A stretch of 64,000 bases of DNA from Candidatus Eiseniibacteriota bacterium (GTDB lineage Bacteria > Eisenbacteria > RBG-16-71-46 > JABDJR01), in assembly GCA_942491735.1 (NCBI GenBank), contig CALOCN010000001.1, positions 1,030,071-1,094,070 of the forward strand. The letters run 5' to 3'. Position 1 is the first letter of the stretch. Each line of letters opens with the position of its first letter. This document shows, one piece after another, positions 1-9,456 of the stretch. The notes under the pieces are model-generated. The model was not told the DNA's origin. It saw only the letters and a program-made list of their open reading frames with translations, and did not search any database. A program made the translations under genes and the position numbers.

Positions 1-31
1 CCCTCCGCGACCTCTCCCGGACAGCGGTCAC

Positions 32-1219
32 GTGGCGTACCTGCGCACCGACTTCTGGTTCGGGGTCAAGGCGGGGGGCTCGGTCAGTCACATCCATGGG
101 TTTCTCAGCGGAATGCGCGAGTCCGGTCGCGAGCCCACCGTGGTGACCAGCGATCACCTGGCCGCGCTCCCCGACGGAGTGCGGGAGGTGGTGGTGCCGC
201 CCGCTTCCAGACCGTCGCTGGTCGAAGAAGCCGCGCTCATGGCCTACAACCGCCGGTTCACCCAGGGCGCGGTGGAGGCCCTGCGCAAGGACCCGCCGGA
301 CCTCGTGGTGCATCGTCATGCGGTCTTTGCCCTGGAAGGGGTCTTGGTGGCCCGCGCCCTGGATCGTCCCCTGGTATTGGAAGTCAACAGCAGTGAAGTT
401 TGGGTCAAGAAGAACTGGAGTCGTCTCCACTTCGAGTGGATCGCGTCCGCCATGGAACGCCGCGCCTTGGCCTGCGCGGACCGGGTGACCGTGGTTTCGA
501 GCGTGCTCCGCGATCAGATCGCGGCGCTGGGCGTGGATCCGGCGCGGATCGTCGTGAACCCCAACGGAACCGAACCGGAGCGGTTCGACCCCGGGAGCAC
601 CGGCGAGTCGCTCCGCGCCTACTACGGAATTCCCGGGGATGCCCTGGTCGCCGGCTTCCTGGGCACCTTCACCCGCTGGCATGGGGTGCTGTTCCTGGCC
701 GAGCAGGTTGCCGCGCTCTGTCGCGAGGAGCCGAAGCTCTACTTCCTGTTCATCGGCGACGGGGATCTCCGGGCCGCGGTCCAGGAGCGCATTACGTCCG
801 ACGGGATCGACAACCGCGCCCGGTTCACCGGGCTCATTGGCCCGGACGAGATTCCCGATCTCCTGGCCGCCTGCGACATCCTGGTCTCCCCGCACTTGCC
901 CTTCGAGGACGGTACGCCGTTTTTTGGTTCCCCGACCAAGCTGTTCGAGTACATGGCCGCCGGTCGTCCCATTGCCGCCTCGCGTCTGGGCCAGATCGGC
1001 GATCTGCTGGAGGATGGGGTCACGGCCAGGCTGTTCGAGCCCGGGGACGCCGAGGGACTGCGGGCCGCGATCCTCGACCTGGCGCGGGATCCCGAGCTGC
1101 GCTCCCGACTGGCCCGGACCGCCCGGGACACCGTGTCCCGGGACTACACCTGGGCCGCGAACGCGCGCCGGGCCCTCGATCCGTCCCCCAAATCGACTCG
1201 CGACACACCCCCCGATTGA
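32..1219 (+). CDS. glycosyltransferase family 4 (GT-B fold)
   Basis: 395-aa ORF; C-terminal GT4-type region (GSPTKLFEYMAAGRPIAAS) by eye; GTG start at 32 with no in-frame stop upstream, so the N-terminus may lie left of the window. Confidence 0.8.
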   Translation: MAYLRTDFWFGVKAGGSVSHIHGFLSGMRESGREPTVVTSDHLAALPDGVREVVVPPASRPSLVEEAALMAYNRRFTQGAVEALRKDPPDLVVHRHAVFALEGVLVARALDRPLVLEVNSSEVWVKKNWSRLHFEWIASAMERRALACADRVTVVSSVLRDQIAALGVDPARIVVNPNGTEPERFDPGSTGESLRAYYGIPGDALVAGFLGTFTRWHGVLFLAEQVAALCREEPKLYFLFIGDGDLRAAVQERITSDGIDNRARFTGLIGPDEIPDLLAACDILVSPHLPFEDGTPFFGSPTKLFEYMAAGRPIAASRLGQIGDLLEDGVTARLFEPGDAEGLRAAILDLARDPELRSRLARTARDTVSRDYTWAANARRALDPSPKSTRDTPPD

Positions 1220-1254
1220 TCCATTCCCCGCGCTGAGGCACAATCCAAGTCCTT

Positions 1255-2205
1255 ATGGCATCTTCATATCCGGGACGCGCCGTGGTCATGGGTGGCGCGG
1301 GGTTCCTCGGCTCCCATCTGACCGAAGCACTGCTGGCCCAGGGCCGGGGTGTCCGCGTCTTCGACCGCGAGAAGGCCAACCTGCGCAATGTGGAGGGGCT
1401 GGCCGGCGACTGGGAGTTCCAGGGGGGCGACTTCGCCAACGAAGCGGACCTCACCGCCGCGGTGGCCGGGGTGACCACGGTCTTCCATCTCATCTCCACC
1501 ACCATCCCGGCCAGCTCGAACCAGAACCCCATCTACGACGTGGAGACCAACCTCGTTTCCACGCTGCGCCTGCTCGAGGCGTCCCGCCGGGAAGGGGTGC
1601 GCAGCCTGGTCTTTCTCTCCAGCGGCGGCACCGTCTACGGACGCCCCCGTACCCTGCCCATCGCCGAGGATCATCCCACCGAACCCCGCGTGTCCTACGG
1701 CGCGGTCAAGTTGGCCATCGAGAAGTACCTGCGTCTCTATCACCACCTGCACGGACTCAACGTGCGCATCCTTCGTCTGAGCAATCCCTACGGGCCGCGT
1801 CAGGAAACGGGCGGGGCCCAGGGCGCGGCCTCGGTTTTCCTGGGACGGGTGTTGCGGGACGAACCCATCACCATCTGGGGCGACGGAAGCGTGGTTCGCG
1901 ACTACATCTACGTCGCCGATTCGGTGGAGGCCATGTTGGCGGCGGAACGCACCGAGGCCGGGGAGGGCGTGTGGAACATCGGCTCGGGAACCGGGGTGAG
2001 CCTGCGGGAGCTGGTGAGCACGATCCAGGAGGTGGTGGGCCGCGAGGTGCAGGTCGACTACAAACCGGGTCGCCCCTTCGACGTGCCCGAGAACGTCCTG
2101 GATGTGGGTCTGGCCGGCAAGGACCTGGGTTGGGTTCCCCGAACCGACCTGGCCACCGGGTTGCGCAAGACCTGGGACTGGCTCCAGGCGACGGCGTCTC
2201 CATGA
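1255..2205 (+). CDS. NAD-dependent sugar epimerase/dehydratase (SDR family, UDP-glucose 4-epimerase-like)
   Basis: Rossmann motif GGAGFLGSHL near N-terminus; catalytic YxxxK (YGAVK); ATG start. Confidence 0.85.
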   Translation: MASSYPGRAVVMGGAGFLGSHLTEALLAQGRGVRVFDREKANLRNVEGLAGDWEFQGGDFANEADLTAAVAGVTTVFHLISTTIPASSNQNPIYDVETNLVSTLRLLEASRREGVRSLVFLSSGGTVYGRPRTLPIAEDHPTEPRVSYGAVKLAIEKYLRLYHHLHGLNVRILRLSNPYGPRQETGGAQGAASVFLGRVLRDEPITIWGDGSVVRDYIYVADSVEAMLAAERTEAGEGVWNIGSGTGVSLRELVSTIQEVVGREVQVDYKPGRPFDVPENVLDVGLAGKDLGWVPRTDLATGLRKTWDWLQATASP

Positions 2206-2951
2206 GCGTGCTCGGCAAGGACGGACAGCCGATCAGCCTTTCCATTTTCTTTCCCGCCTACTACGACGAGCTCAACATCCCCAAGGTGGTGGCGGGATCG
2301 CTGCGCGTGGTGCAGGAACTCGGGATCGACGACTACGAGATCACCATCGTCGAGGACGGCAGCCCGGACCGGACGGGGGAGGTCGCCGACGAGCTGGCCG
2401 CGGAACACGAGCACGTCCGGGTCATCCACCACGAGACCAACCAGGGCTACGGCATGGCCCTGCGCACCGGGTTCCTCAGCGCGACCAAGGACTACGTCTT
2501 CTATACCGACGGGGACAACCAGTTCGACCTGGACGAACTCAAGAAGTTCGTCTCGCTGATCCCCTATACGGACATCGTCTCCGGCTTCCGGGTGCGCAAG
2601 CAGTACTCCAACTGGCGCAAGTTCACCTCGTCCACCTACAACCTGGTTCTGCGCACCCTCTTCGACATCCACGACCGGGACGTGGACTGTGCCTTCAAGC
2701 TCTATCCCACCCGTCTGTTCCGGGAGATCGAGATCGAATCGCGGGACGCCTTTATTGACGCCGAGATCGCCATCAAGGCGCGGCTGCTGGGCTATACCCA
2801 GACCGAGGTCGGGGTGACCCATCTGCCCCGTCTCGACGGCATCTCGACGGGGGCGCGCCCCTCGGTCATTCTCCGCACAATCGGTGAAATCAGAAGGGCG
2901 TATCGGAAGTACGGAAAGCAGATCCGGGAGGCCGGGCGCAAGGACGGTTGA
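2202..2951 (+). CDS. glycosyltransferase family 2 (polyprenyl-phosphate sugar synthase-like, GT-A fold)
   Basis: Real gene is the C-terminal 249 codons of track ORF 639..2951; ATG at 2202 overlaps upstream stop (ATGA); DxD-like YTDGDNQFD; rest of the long ORF is out-of-frame over genes 1-2. Confidence 0.8.
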   Translation: MSVLGKDGQPISLSIFFPAYYDELNIPKVVAGSLRVVQELGIDDYEITIVEDGSPDRTGEVADELAAEHEHVRVIHHETNQGYGMALRTGFLSATKDYVFYTDGDNQFDLDELKKFVSLIPYTDIVSGFRVRKQYSNWRKFTSSTYNLVLRTLFDIHDRDVDCAFKLYPTRLFREIEIESRDAFIDAEIAIKARLLGYTQTEVGVTHLPRLDGISTGARPSVILRTIGEIRRAYRKYGKQIREAGRKDG

Positions 2952-2993
2952 CACGGTGGACCCCCGCGGGGCGGCCCGGAGGATATAAGCGCT

Positions 2994-3737
2994 TTGGAGA
3001 CAGAGGTTTACGATTACTTCTACCACGCCGAAGAAGCCCACTGGTGGTTCCGGGCCCGGCGCCGGGTCCTGGCCTCGGTCCTGCGGGGAGTCCTCCCCAC
3101 CGGTTCGCTCCGCATCGCCGACGTGGGTTGCGGCACCGGGGGCATGCTGGGGGTGCTCTCCGAGCTGGGCACGGTCACCGGAGTCGACGCGGCGCCCGAG
3201 GCCCGCGACTATTGTCGTCGGCGGGGATTCGACAACGTCCTGGACCCGGATACCTGGGCCCGCGACGGCGCGTCCTATGATCTGGTCACCGCGTTCGATG
3301 TGGTGGAGCACGTCGAGGACGATGTGGGTTTTCTCCGCATGATGGCCAACCGCCTCGCCCCCGGGGGGCGTCTGTGCGTGACCGTCCCCGCCTACCAGTT
3401 TCTCTGGAGCACGTTCGACGAAATGAACCACCACAAACGTCGCTATTCCCGTCGGCGGTTGGTGGAAGCCATGAACGCGGCCGGGCTGCGCGTCACCCGC
3501 AGCACCCACTTCAACACGTTGCTGTTTCCGCCCATCGCCGCGGTGCGACTGTTGGAGAAGACCCTCCGCGCCGATCCCACCGACCCCGAGGAGAAGAAAC
3601 GTTCCCTGGCCCGTTGGTTCAAGGTGGGTCCCCTCAACGGTCCGCTGGAAGCGGTGTTCGCATCCGAACGACACGCACTGGCCGGTATGGATCTGCCGGT
3701 GGGTTGCTCCATCCTCGCCCTGGCGGAGTCCGCATGA
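2994..3737 (+). CDS. class I SAM-dependent methyltransferase
   Basis: SAM-binding motif I VGCGTGG; TTG start preceded by GGAGGA about 9 nt upstream. Confidence 0.75.
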   Translation: METEVYDYFYHAEEAHWWFRARRRVLASVLRGVLPTGSLRIADVGCGTGGMLGVLSELGTVTGVDAAPEARDYCRRRGFDNVLDPDTWARDGASYDLVTAFDVVEHVEDDVGFLRMMANRLAPGGRLCVTVPAYQFLWSTFDEMNHHKRRYSRRRLVEAMNAAGLRVTRSTHFNTLLFPPIAAVRLLEKTLRADPTDPEEKKRSLARWFKVGPLNGPLEAVFASERHALAGMDLPVGCSILALAESA

Positions 3738-5896
3738 AACAGGTCGTGACCAACAAGTCGGGAGAGCTGCGCATCCTCGAGGTCCCGGATCCGGCGCTGC
3801 AACCCGGCTTCGTGCTGGTGCGCACGGTCTGCTCCCTGGTCTCCCCGGGGACCGAGGGCGCCCAGGTCCGGGAAGGCAAGGCCGGTCTGCTGACCAAGGT
3901 GCGTGAACATCCGCGCGAGGTAAAGCAGGTCCTGGCCAAGCTCAAGAAGGAGGGCGTGCGCTCCGTGGCCAACCAGGTCCAGGAGAAGCTTGCCCAATGG
4001 CGTCCCCTGGGATACAGCCTGTCCGGCACCGTCATCGCGGTGGGGGAGGGCGTGGATGATCTGGCGGTGGGGGACGCGGTGGCCTGTGCCGGTGCGGGGT
4101 ATGCGATCCACGCGGAGCGGGTCTGTGTTCCCCGGAACCTCGTGGTACGCCACCCCGAGGGACTGACCCACGCGCAGGCCGCGTTCGTCACCCTGGGCGC
4201 GATCGCCCTTCAGGGGGTGCGGCGGGCCGAGCCCACCCTGGGCGAACGGGCGCTGGTGGTCGGGTTGGGTCTGGTCGGGCAACTGGCTACCCAGCTCCTG
4301 GTCGCCGCCGGGGTTCGGGTGCTGGTTCGCGACCTGGATCCGGCCCGGATCGCCCTGGCCCGCGAACTGGGAGCGGAGGCCGCGCTGGAAGGGGACGCGG
4401 ATCCCGAAGCCACCGCCGCCGCCTGGACCGGCGGGGTGGGGGTCGATCTGGCCCTGATCTGCGCCGCGACCCGCTCCAGCGCTCCGGTGGATGACGCGGC
4501 GCGCCTGCTGCGCGAACGGGGGCGGCTGGTCGTGGTCGGCGACGTGGGGCTGGAGTTGGAACGCGGCCCCTTCTACATGAAGGAACTCGACTTCACCCTG
4601 AGCAAGTCCTATGGCCCGGGCCGCTACGACCCGGTGTACGAGGAAGGCGGGGTGGATTACCCGGTGGGGTACGTGCGCTGGACCGAGGGCCGCAACATGG
4701 AAGCGGTGCTGGACCTGATCGCGCGCGGCCGCCTTTCGGTGGACCGTCTGGTGAGCGAAACCGTCGTCGTGGACGACGCCCCGGGCATCTACGAGAAGAT
4801 CGTCGCCGGCGAGGGTGGCCTGGCCAGCGTGATCACCTACCCCGAAACCAACGTGGCGCCCTCCCGCACGGTGCAGCTGACTCCGGCCGCGCCGGTCGAG
4901 GGCAAGGCCGGCGTGTTGGCGGTGGGAGCCGGCTACTTCGCCAAGGCCTTTCATCTTCCCAACCTCGCCCGGCAGGAGGCCCTGCACCTGGCCGGCGTGG
5001 TGAGCGGCACCGGCGCCAATGCCCGCCAGACCGCCGAACGCTACGGAGCTTCCTTCGCCGGCACGGACCTCGACGAAGCGCTGACCCAGCCCGGCGTGGA
5101 CGCGGTGCTGCTCTCGACCCGTCACCATCTTCATGTTCCCCAAGCCCTGGCCGCGATCCGCGCCGGCAAGCACGTTCTGGTGGAGAAGCCGCTGGCGCTG
5201 GACCGGGAGGGTCTGCGTGATCTGGCCCAGGCCCTGCAACGGAATCCGGTGCGGCTCGCGGTGGGGTTCAATCGCCGTCACGCACCCCTGGTGACGTCGT
5301 TGCGCGAGCTGCTTGCTGCCAGCGGCGGCCCCATCCACGGGGTCTACCGGATGAACGCGGGGCGCCTCCCCGCGGATCACTGGGTGAACGATCCGGTGGA
5401 AGGCGGGGGACGCATCCTCGGGGAGGGTGTCCACGTGTTCGACCTGTTCACCCATCTTGCGGGAACCCCGGTGCGGGTGCAGGCCTCCATGGTGCGTTCG
5501 GCCGACGACGCGGTCATCGATACCGACAACCTGACCGCCACCGTGACCTTCGAGAACGGATCGGTCCTCACGCTCCTCTACACCACCGCCGGTCCCAAGG
5601 GTTATCCCAAGGAACAGCTCGAGGTGTTCGCGCCCGGTCTGGCCGCCACGCTCATCGACTATCGCGAGCTGGCCTGGACCGGATCCCGAAGCGGGAAGAA
5701 GACCCTGCGCGCCGAGGACAAGGGGCAGGCCGCGGAGATGGACGCGTGGGCCGGGTATCTCACCGGCAAGGATGCAGCGGTCGCCGACTTCCAGGCCGCC
5801 GCGCTCTCCACCTGGCTCACCCTCATGGCCCTCGAGTCCGCGCGCACCGGGGAGCCCCGGGAGGTCGCGGCCACGCTGTCCGAGGTGCTTGGGTAG
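3734..5896 (+). CDS. bi-domain oxidoreductase (N-terminal MDR/zinc-ADH-like domain fused to Gfo/Idh/MocA-like domain)
   Basis: Internal ATG at 3734 (residue 121 of track ORF 3374..5896) overlaps upstream stop (ATGA); two dehydrogenase-like halves by eye. Confidence 0.75.
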   Translation: MKQVVTNKSGELRILEVPDPALQPGFVLVRTVCSLVSPGTEGAQVREGKAGLLTKVREHPREVKQVLAKLKKEGVRSVANQVQEKLAQWRPLGYSLSGTVIAVGEGVDDLAVGDAVACAGAGYAIHAERVCVPRNLVVRHPEGLTHAQAAFVTLGAIALQGVRRAEPTLGERALVVGLGLVGQLATQLLVAAGVRVLVRDLDPARIALARELGAEAALEGDADPEATAAAWTGGVGVDLALICAATRSSAPVDDAARLLRERGRLVVVGDVGLELERGPFYMKELDFTLSKSYGPGRYDPVYEEGGVDYPVGYVRWTEGRNMEAVLDLIARGRLSVDRLVSETVVVDDAPGIYEKIVAGEGGLASVITYPETNVAPSRTVQLTPAAPVEGKAGVLAVGAGYFAKAFHLPNLARQEALHLAGVVSGTGANARQTAERYGASFAGTDLDEALTQPGVDAVLLSTRHHLHVPQALAAIRAGKHVLVEKPLALDREGLRDLAQALQRNPVRLAVGFNRRHAPLVTSLRELLAASGGPIHGVYRMNAGRLPADHWVNDPVEGGGRILGEGVHVFDLFTHLAGTPVRVQASMVRSADDAVIDTDNLTATVTFENGSVLTLLYTTAGPKGYPKEQLEVFAPGLAATLIDYRELAWTGSRSGKKTLRAEDKGQAAEMDAWAGYLTGKDAAVADFQAAALSTWLTLMALESARTGEPREVAATLSEVLG

Positions 5897-5898
5897 CC

Positions 5899-7767
5899 GT
5901 GGGATTCCTGGGGGATCTCCGGTACTTCGGGCCCCGGTTGGGCCCAAACCGGGCCGTCCGACTCGTCGCGGCGAAGCTCTCCAAGACCCGTCGCAAACGC
6001 CGCCTGGCCGCGGATCTCGCCCGCCCCACCCCGCCGGACGCGGTGTGCCGCGGGTTGGGTTTGTCGAAGGACCCCCACGAACGGGTCGCGACCCTGCGCT
6101 CCTCCTGGGAGCAACTCGCCGCCGCCACCCTGCCTTCCCTGCCCGACCCGGACACCGCACGCCGCCACGCCGACGCAGTGCTGGCCGGTCGTCAGCACCT
6201 TTTCGACCAGGATCCCGACGTGGGTTGGCCCCCCAACTGGAACTGGCGCTGGGACGGAACCGACAACGCGGCGCGGTTCCGCGACGACATCCGCAGCACC
6301 TGGGAACTGCAACGTCTCCAGGGGCTGCTTCCGCTGGCCGTCGCGGCGCGGGCCCTGGCCAGCGAGGCGGATGCCGAGGCCTGGTTCACCGGGGTGGAGA
6401 GCTTCGCCGCGGCGCATCCCGGCCCGGGTGGAGTGGCCTGGGAAAGCGCGCTGGAGCTGGGACTCCGCTGCCTTGCCCTGGTCCAGGGGCTGGTCCTACT
6501 CGCGCCCACCGAGGCCTTTGCCACCCGGCACCTGAATGTCCTCACCGTGCTGGAGCGGCACCTGCGTTGGCTGGAGGCGGATCTGAGCCTGGACAAGGTA
6601 GTGCGCGGCAATCACCTCCTGGGCGAACTGGCCGGGCTGATCGCGGGGCGCCTTCTCTTTGCCGCGGACACGGGCAATCTGGAAACAGCCCGCCGGTCGC
6701 TGGACCTCCTGCACGGGGAAATCACAGCCCAGTTTCACCCGGACGGGGTCAACGTGGAGCAGTCCCTCACCTACGAGGCCTTCATCCTGGAGTTCCTGGT
6801 CGTCCCCCTAGCCATGGCCGACACCCTCGGGCGTGCGGTTCCCGCGGCAACCCGGGATCGCCTCACCCGGGCCGCTCACCATCTGGAATGCTGCACCGCG
6901 CCGGACGGATCGCTTCCCCGGGTGGGGGACGCCGATTCGGGCCGTGGAGCTGTCCTCGCCCCACCCAAAGAAGCCCTGCCCGGGCTTCTCGAGCGGGTCC
7001 GCCGGCTCGGCGGACCGGGCCCCGCCGCCTCCGGCGGGCCGTCCGGGGAACCCGCTTTGCCGCGCATCTTCCCCGACGGGGGCCATGTCACCTGGACCCC
7101 GGCCCCCGGGGCGTTCCTCTTCCTGCGGGGAGGGCCGTTTGGCTGGGGTCTTCCGGGACCGGCCTCGCACAGCCACGCGGACCTGCTGGCCCCGGTCCTC
7201 TACCTGGGCGGGGAGCCGCTCCTGGTGGATCCGGGGGTCTTTGGCTATCGCATCGGGGCCGATCGGGACGCGGATCGGGTCCGGGGGGCCCATTCGGCCC
7301 TGGATCCGGGGGCCTCGGTGGGGCCCTTCCCGGCCGGAACCTTCCGCTGGGCGGGCATTCCGGAGGATGCGAAGGTACACTCCCCGGCCCCGGACAGGGT
7401 CCAGGGGACGGTCCCCCTGGCCGGGCCAAACGGCCCTTTGATCTGGCAGAGGTCCATACGGTACAATCAATTAGACGAAACTTGGATAATCCTCGATCGC
7501 CTTCAAGGCAACCCACCCGGCCCCGTAACGTGGGGCTTTCGCTTTGCTCCAGGAATTCATATCGAGTCGGAGACGGAGGGCGTCTACCGGGTTCGTCTGG
7601 CTTCCGGTCGTACCCTGGATGTGCGTCTGGAACCGGTGGGAGAGACATGGGTCGAGGATGCATGGGTGGCGCCGGCCTACGGTCGGCGCGTCCAGGCGCC
7701 GGTTTTGAGGCGACGGATCGAAGGGGCCTTCGAAGAGACGGCCGTGACGTTCACCCCGCGGCGCTGA
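5899..7767 (+). CDS. heparinase II/III-like family protein
   Basis: GTG at 5899, 2 nt after upstream stop, in frame of track ORF 5746..7767; N-terminal [10 protein letters not shown] region and NHLLGE / EQSLTYE segments typical of the family by eye. Confidence 0.6.
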   Translation: MGFLGDLRYFGPRLGPNRAVRLVAAKLSKTRRKRRLAADLARPTPPDAVCRGLGLSKDPHERVATLRSSWEQLAAATLPSLPDPDTARRHADAVLAGRQHLFDQDPDVGWPPNWNWRWDGTDNAARFRDDIRSTWELQRLQGLLPLAVAARALASEADAEAWFTGVESFAAAHPGPGGVAWESALELGLRCLALVQGLVLLAPTEAFATRHLNVLTVLERHLRWLEADLSLDKVVRGNHLLGELAGLIAGRLLFAADTGNLETARRSLDLLHGEITAQFHPDGVNVEQSLTYEAFILEFLVVPLAMADTLGRAVPAATRDRLTRAAHHLECCTAPDGSLPRVGDADSGRGAVLAPPKEALPGLLERVRRLGGPGPAASGGPSGEPALPRIFPDGGHVTWTPAPGAFLFLRGGPFGWGLPGPASHSHADLLAPVLYLGGEPLLVDPGVFGYRIGADRDADRVRGAHSALDPGASVGPFPAGTFRWAGIPEDAKVHSPAPDRVQGTVPLAGPNGPLIWQRSIRYNQLDETWIILDRLQGNPPGPVTWGFRFAPGIHIESETEGVYRVRLASGRTLDVRLEPVGETWVEDAWVAPAYGRRVQAPVLRRRIEGAFEETAVTFTPRR

Positions 7768-7795
7768 CCGCTCGGGGTTTTCAACAGGAGATCGT

Positions 7796-8728
7796 GTGAA
7801 CATCCTCATTACCGGGGGCGCGGGCTTTATCGGCTCCAATCTCTCCGAGTTCCTTCTGGGGCAGGGCCATCGCGTCATCGCCATGGACAACCTGCTGACC
7901 GGGAAGGTGGAGAACATCGAGCACATCCACCACCCGAAGTTCACGTTCATCGACTATGACGTGACCAACTTCATCTTTGTCGACGAGCCGCTGGACTACG
8001 TGCTGCACTTCGCCAGCCCGGCCAGCCCCATCGACTATCTCAAGCTTCCCATCGCCACCCTGAAGGTGGGGGCGATCGGGACCCACAAGGCGCTCGGGTT
8101 GGCCAAGGCCAAGGGGGCGAGCTTTCTCATCGCGTCGACCAGCGAGGTCTACGGGGATCCGCTGGTCCATCCCCAGGAGGAGTCGTACTGGGGAAACGTG
8201 AACCCCATCGGCATCCGCGGGGTCTATGACGAAGCCAAGCGGTTCGCCGAGGCCATGACCATGGCGTATCACCGGTACCACAAGGTGGACACCCGGATCC
8301 TGCGGATCTTCAACACCTTCGGACCGCGGATGCGCCGCAATGACGGTCGGGCGGTGCCCACCTTCATCAATCAGGCGCTGTCGAACCAGGACATCACGGT
8401 GTTCGGGGACGGATCGCAGACCCGCTCCTTCGGCTACATCGACGACCTGGTGGAGGGCATCTACAAGCTCATGCTCTCCAGCGAGAACGACCCGGTGAAC
8501 ATCGGCAATCCGCAGGAAATGACGGTGAAGGAGATGGCCGAGACCATCATCGAGCTCACCGGCTCCAAGAGCAAGATCATCTACGCGCCGCTTCCCGAGG
8601 ACGATCCCAAGGTGCGTCAGCCGGATATCTCCAAGGCCAAGCGGGTGTTGGACTGGGAACCCCGGACCCCGGTGCGCGAGGGCCTGATCAAGACGGTAGA
8701 ATGGTTCGCTGCCAACCACTCGAAGTGA
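7796..8728 (+). CDS. UDP-glucuronate decarboxylase (UDP-xylose synthase, ArnA-decarboxylase-like SDR)
   Basis: GTG start with AGGAG 5 nt upstream; TGGAGFIGS Rossmann motif, YDEAK catalytic motif; strong by-eye similarity to UXS proteins. Confidence 0.85.
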   Translation: MNILITGGAGFIGSNLSEFLLGQGHRVIAMDNLLTGKVENIEHIHHPKFTFIDYDVTNFIFVDEPLDYVLHFASPASPIDYLKLPIATLKVGAIGTHKALGLAKAKGASFLIASTSEVYGDPLVHPQEESYWGNVNPIGIRGVYDEAKRFAEAMTMAYHRYHKVDTRILRIFNTFGPRMRRNDGRAVPTFINQALSNQDITVFGDGSQTRSFGYIDDLVEGIYKLMLSSENDPVNIGNPQEMTVKEMAETIIELTGSKSKIIYAPLPEDDPKVRQPDISKAKRVLDWEPRTPVREGLIKTVEWFAANHSK

Positions 8729-8732
8729 AGGA

Positions 8733-9452
8733 ATGCCTGTGAAGGGCCTCGTGGTCATTCCCACCTATAACGAAGCGGACAACATCCGCGAGCTCGTCCC
8801 CCGTGTCCTGGAACAGGACCCCGGTCTGGAGATCCTCGTCGTCGACGACAACTCGGTCGACGGCACGGGGGCGATCGTCGACGAGTTGCGGGCCACCGAG
8901 CCGCGCCTGCACATTCTCCACCGACCGGGCAAGATGGGTCTGGGTACGGCGTACGTGGACGGGTTCCGCTACGCCCTCGAGCGGGACTACGAAGTCGTGT
9001 TCGAGATGGACGCGGACTTCAGTCATGACCCGGACTCCCTGCCCGCGTTTCTCGAGGCCATCCAGGACAACGACCTGGTCATCGGCTCCCGGTATCTGCA
9101 CGGGGTCACGGTCGTCAACTGGCCGCTGACCCGTCTCATTCTTTCCTACGGGGCGAACGTCTACACCCGTCTCATCACCTGGATGCCGCTCAAGGACGCC
9201 ACCGGCGGCTTCAAGTGTTTCCGGCGGGAGACCCTCGAGGCGATCGACCTGGACCGGGTGGGTTCGGACGGGTACGGCTTCCAGATCGAGATGAACTTCA
9301 AGGTGTGGCGCAAGGGCTTCCGGGTGCGCGAGATCGGCATCGTCTTCGTGGATCGCCGGGTCGGTATCAGCAAGATGAACAACAAGATCATCTGGGAGGC
9401 GATGTGGTTGGTGTGGCGTCTGCGATTCCTCGATCTCGTGGGAAGGCTCTGA
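8733..9452 (+). CDS. polyprenol-phosphate sugar synthase (Dpm1/ArnC-like GT2)
   Basis: 239 aa; VIPTYNEADNI and DADFSHDP motifs characteristic of dolichol/polyprenol-phosphate mannosyl/glycosyl transferases. Confidence 0.8.
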   Translation: MPVKGLVVIPTYNEADNIRELVPRVLEQDPGLEILVVDDNSVDGTGAIVDELRATEPRLHILHRPGKMGLGTAYVDGFRYALERDYEVVFEMDADFSHDPDSLPAFLEAIQDNDLVIGSRYLHGVTVVNWPLTRLILSYGANVYTRLITWMPLKDATGGFKCFRRETLEAIDLDRVGSDGYGFQIEMNFKVWRKGFRVREIGIVFVDRRVGISKMNNKIIWEAMWLVWRLRFLDLVGRL

Positions 9453-9456
9453 GTCC

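Noticed and set aside
639-2201. N-terminal 520 codons of the 770-aa track ORF 639..2951
   Set aside because: Arg/Pro/Gly-rich low-complexity translation running out of frame across the GT4 and epimerase genes, which have clear motifs; only the part from ATG 2202 is a real GT2 gene
3443-6160. 905-aa minus-strand ORF
   Set aside because: Antisense to the bi-domain oxidoreductase and heparinase-like genes; Arg/Gly/Pro-rich with no motifs; typical high-GC open-frame artefact
7796-9452. Slightly lower GC in the UXS and Dpm1-like genes, considered as a horizontally acquired islet
   Set aside because: Third-position GC remains high, both are strongly conserved enzymes, and they sit inside a translationally coupled operon with no flanking integrase, tRNA or repeats
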